Source: Cyanophora paradoxa CCMP329 (Eukaryota; Plantae; Glaucophyta). Taken from it: a stretch of 64,000 nucleotides of DNA. Shown in pieces: positions 59,303 to 64,000 of the stretch; the stretch's first letter is position 1, and each line of letters opens with the position of its first letter. A model generated the notes under the pieces. The model made no database searches and had not been told where the DNA came from. It was given only the letters and a program-made list of their open reading frames with translations. Both the position numbers and the translations under genes were made by a program. The stretch is taken from contig QPMI01000428.1 of NCBI GenBank assembly GCA_004431415.1, positions 434,001 to 498,000 of the forward strand, given 5' to 3'.

Positions 59303-60868
59303 TTAAATTGCGACAGCAGTGTAATGAATTGTAACTGGAAATCCTGGTCTGTCAAAAGAACTTAATGGAACTATGTCAAGCTCACAAGTGAAATAGCTAC
59401 TGTAAACTTGTTTAAGCCTTACATACATGCGGTAGTAGTAGGCTGTCTCATTGTGTTGTATACCGGTTGTTACAATAGGAGGGTTAGCAAAGCTGCTGTT
59501 GAAATTAATAGTGAGGTTAAACCTATGGTCAGGGTTTGCCCAAAGATAAGGAGTAGTGTAAACATACGTTCCTGCTTGAATTTTCCCATTAAAATATGCA
59601 TTGAGTTGACTGGAAAGATCTGCTTCTGTAATGCATCTACTGATAGTCTGATTATTTGAAGGGTTCATAGCATAGAAATTCCTTGCATAGGCATTCCCTC
59701 TCACAAGTAAGGTTTTATCAAAGTAATTCTGCGAATTGTGGAAGAACCATGTTTCTTCAAACATAGGTCCTGCTGGTTCTACAATCTGACCTGATCCTAC
59801 ATACATTGTGTTGTTGGCTCTTATAGTGGTAGCTGTGAATGGATCCAGAGTAGGTCGATCTGTAATATCTCCCCAAAGGTGGGTGTGTGCGAAATCTGTA
59901 ATTTGGGATTTTGTATGAGTATGAGCAAAGTCTGTAATTTCACCTTTGGTGTGAGTGTGAGCAAAATCTGTAATCTCACTCTTGACATGAGTGTGTGCAA
60001 AATCTGTTATCTCACTCTTGACATGAGTGTGTGCAAAATCTGTAATCTGTGATTTTGTGTGAGTGTGCGCGAAATCTGTGATTTCCGATTTAAAATGAGT
60101 GTGAGCGAAATTAGTAATATCTGCTCGGGTATGGGTGTGTGCAAAATCTGTTATTTGGGATCTGGTGTGAGTGTGTGCAAAATCTGTGATTTCTGCCTTT
60201 GTGTGGGTGTGTGATCTATTATTAAGGTCGAGGAAACTCCCCGAAAATGCAACAGGGTGTAGATTAGCTGCGGTGGGTTTGTTTATGAGATCATTATAGT
60301 CTCCTGAGAACGAAACCGTTTTCAGTTCACCCCTTCCTACATAATCAGAAGGGAGGTCAATTTTTATGGGCATTATAGCTGGATCATCTGGGATCACATA
60401 CTCTCCACCTGTGTGAACCACAGGGTATCTTCGAATATACATATTGGATGCACCCATGAGAGGTGCTACAATGGGCACATCCGAATTAACGAGATTGCAA
60501 GTGATGGAGAAAATGGTTTTGGGGGCATACAGATTGCAATCAAAGGTCACAGTGGCGGGATCAATAGTAGGATCTACATTTGAACAGATCTGAAACATCC
60601 ACCCACCCACACAGTTGCAATTTAAATTGCGAAAGGCTGTGCCTGCCATTGCATCCACATAGCCTATTCCACTTGCAATGTCATAGATGTGCCCAAACTC
60701 ATAACCAAAAATGTCATTCCACAGGTTGGAAGCCATAGCTCCCATCACATACCCTTTCAAATTTACAAGTAGGTCATTGGATTCACTGGGTATATTGCTA
60801 TGGGTTATGTAAAATTGATTATTCAACACAGCATTCCTAATTGTCGTCTCTACTATGGGCTCCGTCAT
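59303..60868 (-). CDS. Tail-fibre-like protein with 10 x 12-aa HTH-x-x-x-ITDFA repeats and C-terminal H-type-lectin/gp53-like domain
   Basis: VSFSGDYNDLINKP and VAFSGSFLDL motifs; (AHTHTKSQITDF)n; HTHLWGDITDRP; C-terminal INFNSSFANPPIVTTGI...IHYTAVAI. Confidence 0.85.
   Translation of the reverse strand: MTEPIVETTIRNAVLNNQFYITHSNIPSESNDLLVNLKGYVMGAMASNLWNDIFGYEFGHIYDIASGIGYVDAMAGTAFRNLNCNCVGGWMFQICSNVDPTIDPATVTFDCNLYAPKTIFSITCNLVNSDVPIVAPLMGASNMYIRRYPVVHTGGEYVIPDDPAIMPIKIDLPSDYVGRGELKTVSFSGDYNDLINKPTAANLHPVAFSGSFLDLNNRSHTHTKAEITDFAHTHTRSQITDFAHTHTRADITNFAHTHFKSEITDFAHTHTKSQITDFAHTHVKSEITDFAHTHVKSEITDFAHTHTKGEITDFAHTHTKSQITDFAHTHLWGDITDRPTLDPFTATTIRANNTMYVGSGQIVEPAGPMFEETWFFHNSQNYFDKTLLVRGNAYARNFYAMNPSNNQTISRCITEADLSSQLNAYFNGKIQAGTYVYTTPYLWANPDHRFNLTINFNSSFANPPIVTTGIQHNETAYYYRMYVRLKQVYSSYFTCELDIVPLSSFDRPGFPVTIHYTAVAI
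59859..60213 (-). repeat. 36-bp coding repeats x10 encoding HxH fibre repeats
   Basis: Degenerate at synonymous sites, e.g. gtgtgtgcaaaatctgt recurs with a 36-bp period. Confidence 0.9.
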
Positions 60869-60906
60869 TATATATCTATTATTGCATACTACAAAAATTA
60901 AGGTTG

Positions 60907-63900
60907 TTACATAACGTTTGGAACATGTTCATATATTCTTCCTTCTCGCTGTGCCATTTCCGCCATAAAGTCTGCATTATCTTTTATTATTGATTCAGCC
61001 ATTCGTTGTGCTCGTGATTTTTTGGGTGCTGCCCTACTTGCTGGTGGTTGATCAGTTCTCACAACACTTAGACCATGCCCCTCGGCTGACCTCACCTCTA
61101 AGCCCACATCTCCTTCGGCTGTTTGGGTCACATTCAGCTCAGGTGTGGAGTATTTATTACCTGCTCCTGCAATGGTTCTGTCTATGCAAGCACAACATAA
61201 AGCTCGGAATTTGTATGCAAGCACAAGCCCAAGAGCACCGAGAATCGGTAAGAGAATCATAAGCACTAACGTTCCTGGATCAGTTCCCGGTGCTCCGACT
61301 GGATTAGTAGGATTTGTGGGATTATTAGGTGTTGTAGGATCAGTGGTAGGTGGGGTCTGTGGGTCTGACTCATCAGGAGGCAAGTTAGGATCTGAATCTG
61401 GGGCGGTTCCGTCGACCCTGCTAATGAGGTCGGCGCTGTGTATGCATTTGCAAACACGATGGGAGCCGTCGCTGGATTTCCTGTGGAGGATCCTGAGATT
61501 GCACCATAGGTATCTGACAGATATTTATACAATTCCTGTGTCACAGGCGGATTACTCACAGATCGACACACCCAAATATTGCATGTGGTATCATAGACTG
61601 TGTCCCTGATAAAGGGCGGTAGAGCCGTCCCACTGAATGACTCAAAGAGTCCATTTCGCGATAGCAACCTATGTCCTGTATCACAATTCCCACCCTCAAA
61701 GTACTTCGAAGCCGAAATCGCACCTTGCACATAAATATTGCATGTCGAATGCAATCCAATGTTATTTAGGTTAGGAGTGTATCTGTCATCAAGCCGGACA
61801 GTGCACACCCATGGGGAAGCGGTTTTTATATATTTCTTATCGCCTGCTGTGATCACATCAGTGTTTGGGTGGCTGTCAATTTGGGTAGCAATAGACTCAT
61901 ATTTGTAAGAGTAATAAACTAAGAGACCATCTGTGGAGGATGTAAAATAAAAGAAGTCTCTCATGAAGTCTGTGGATCCAAAGAAGTCAGCATTGGTCGA
62001 TGTTAGGGTGACTCTGGGATAGCTCATGTTGACAGTCTCAGAAGGATATGGAATATAAGAGGTGTAATAGCGATTTAACAGATAATAGTAAAATCCATCT
62101 GAGACATTCGAGTGAGTGGGCAAGGTCACTGTTAAGGTCTTACTGCGATCCTCAAACGTTTTATGTATGACAATATTGCAAGTATTAATGTATCGAGAAT
62201 CGAAAAAGTAATTATTCGTCACTCGATTATCGATCAGAGTCGCATTGGTTCCATTAAACACGAAATTCTGCCCATTAATTCTCGTAGTATGAATGTCGGT
62301 CACATCGAGAGGATACCTTATTTTTAATCGATCTTCGGAGTCAAACCGAGGTATAGTTCCTGTTGCCTTCCAACTAATAGTAAAGGGAGGAGAAAGGGAC
62401 ACTGCTGGGATAACGGAAAGATTGAATTTCGCGAAGTACAATCCAACAGGATACCCTGACAGAGCATATGTGACAGTGGCATTTCCAACAAGTGTAAAGC
62501 CGGTTGTTGTAATGTTAGTTGCAAGAAATGGGGAGTAGCCTGCGGGTGCATTTTGAAGTGAGGTAGATGACCCATCATTGACGACATACAAGTTGGTGTC
62601 TGTTATTTCAATTGTAGGAGGGGAGACAAATGGAGACTCAAATGTGAAATTAAAACTCGCTGGAACCCCTGCAAGATATCTATATGAGACCGATCCTATT
62701 TCAGATGCCTGGAATACTTTGCTTCCACTCCGCACTACATTACTTGTGTCTTTCACATTGTGGTATGATATGCTGGGAGTCGGGGAGAGCACCAACGAAA
62801 TAGCATCTGGTAAATCAGACTTTGTTATATACAGCTCTTTAAGATACTCCTTTCTAAAAGGCGCGGTCAGATCTCCAATAGTAGCCGATGAACCTGCGAC
62901 TACAATATTACAGGTGTTTGCACTCAAAGAATAAACTGTGTTCCACCTTAAAGAGTTCGCGCCAAGATCGAAATTCTGTGAGAAGGGCACGATATTGCTA
63001 CCTTGTAAATCTCGGTAAACCTTTACTCTGGGTTCGCTATCGAATTCAGGGGTGATATAATTGATGGTAAGAGTGAAACTTATAGTAGCTTCGGAAGTCA
63101 ATAAGTTGTTTCGGATGATAAGTAAATTGTATGTCTCGTTAATGACAAACGAAATCTGAAACCCTGTGGAGGTGACATTTTGAATAAATGCTTTATTCGA
63201 TTCATTATTGTTAGTGATAGGATTATAATAAGTAGTGTGATCCACCAATGAAACAGTGGGTATAGTCGTCTCGAAACCTGTGACACCCAACTGATCCCAA
63301 GTGAATGTAAATGTAGGTTTGCCTACATAAGCGACAAAGACCCCATTTGCAATCTGCTGAGGGTATCCTTCGACAGTGTAGGTCTCAGTTTGCGAAACTG
63401 AGCGGGAAAGGTTGCTATTAAAGTCAGTGTAGCTGATCAGTGCATTATCATTGGTGAGAATCTGATTGGGTCGGAGTGAGTGATTAAATGGAAGGATTAA
63501 ATTGGAGGCAAACATGGAAACTCCATGCAACTCTGACCATCTCAGATTCGAGAGACCAATTCGGTATGTGTTGTCAGTCGCGGGGTAAATGTTCCTTTTC
63601 GATAAAATATGGGCTAAGGTAATTGCAAGCGCTCCATCTGCTGCAAACAGAGCATTAATTTCGGATTGCAAAGCCGCGATTTCAGTAGTGTGGGTCGTGA
63701 GGGTTCCATCCTGACTTGAATCTTTGGTGTTCTTGCTCCTCTCGAACTCCAAAAACGCCTTTACGATGTCCTTGCCTAAAAGATCGTTTATATTGTCTCT
63801 GGTAATGTAAACATGATCTGTTCTCAGTGCTGTTTCTCTGTGGTAAAAGCCGGAATCTCCTCTGCAAATGATATAGTCGTTTTATCAAGTGCTAAGGATC

Positions 63901-64000
63901 TCACATTCGGAGCATTGGCGCCAATTATATCCACAACGTTCCCATTTTCGACAATTTCTAAGGTCGGTTTCGCGGGGTCTAATGTGAAAACACCCTCTGT
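60907..64000 (-). CDS. Large (>1000 aa, 5'-partial) fibre-like protein with Pro/Thr linker, C-terminal TM and Cys cluster; two apparent frameshifts
   Basis: ORF 61266-63752 has IYPATDNTYRIGLSNLRW and IVPFSQNFDLGANSLRW motifs and two lectin/gp53-like units (FESPFVSPPTI...NITTTGFTL...ISWKATG). One added base in GGGG at ~61400-61403 gives STEPPPDSDPNLPPDE, joining ORF 60907-61383 (TM LVLMILLPILGALGLVLAY, then ALCCAC). Another frame change between ~63825 and 63890 links to an open frame reaching the window edge. Confidence 0.72.

Larger units (their letters stand above)
55981..64000. mobile_element. One end of an endogenous dsDNA viral element (Polinton-like virus, virophage or other); continues beyond the window
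   Basis: Sharp GC drop (by eye ~40% versus ~65-70%), intron-less tightly packed ORFs with ~20-40-bp AT-rich spacers, fibre-type genes, ~370-bp non-coding terminus, junction inside a host gene. No hallmark capsid, pPolB, ATPase or integrase in view. Confidence 0.8.

Noticed and set aside
59859-60213. 36-bp repeats as CRISPR or DGR template/variable repeats
   Set aside because: Variation is mostly synonymous within an ORF; no spacers, no adenine-specific pattern, no reverse transcriptase in view.
58485-63890. Frameshifts in viral genes as evidence of pseudogenisation or programmed frameshifting
   Set aside because: The two that can be localised are single-base losses in G/C homopolymers, the same error type seen in the TETP array; sequencing error is the simpler explanation until polished.
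1-64000. tRNA, rRNA or snRNA genes
   Set aside because: None recognised by eye; a covariance-model search (tRNAscan-SE, Infernal) would be needed to exclude them.

Overview
Eukaryotic, very GC-rich, intron-dense genomic DNA (1-~55,980) followed by an abrupt switch to an AT-richer, intron-less block (~55,981-64,000, running off the window). Gene content (WaaA/KdtA, plant-type GAT1_2.1, PMT/GT39) and short C-rich introns suggest a non-green alga or protist, possibly a glaucophyte; this is inference only. Host genes assembled by hand across introns: TET/JBP-type 2OG-Fe(II) dioxygenase, cytochrome P450, ITPase (HAM1), a hypothetical gene, a ~15.7-kb gene for a giant type-I membrane mucin/REJ protein with ~4.7 kb of (TETP)n repeats, a PAN-domain GT7 glycosyltransferase, two tandem MIR-less protein O-mannosyltransferases, a Kdo transferase, an EF-hand protein, a GAF-glutamine amidotransferase (GAT1_2.1-like) fusion, and a beta-helix gene cut off by the AT-rich block. 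That block looks like one end of an endogenous dsDNA virus carrying four phage-like fibre genes (two C1q-headed, one HxH-repeat/lectin, one membrane-anchored); no capsid, polymerase or integrase is visible in the window. DNA-level oddities: frequent GC-AG introns, pervasive conversion of sequence into short palindromes, regional over-representation of GGGTAC/GTACCC even in codons, a hAT MITE with an 8-bp TSD, and a duplication joined by a perfect 46-bp palindrome. Most ORFs in the supplied six-frame track are GC-rich shadow ORFs. Exon boundaries and GC estimates are by eye.
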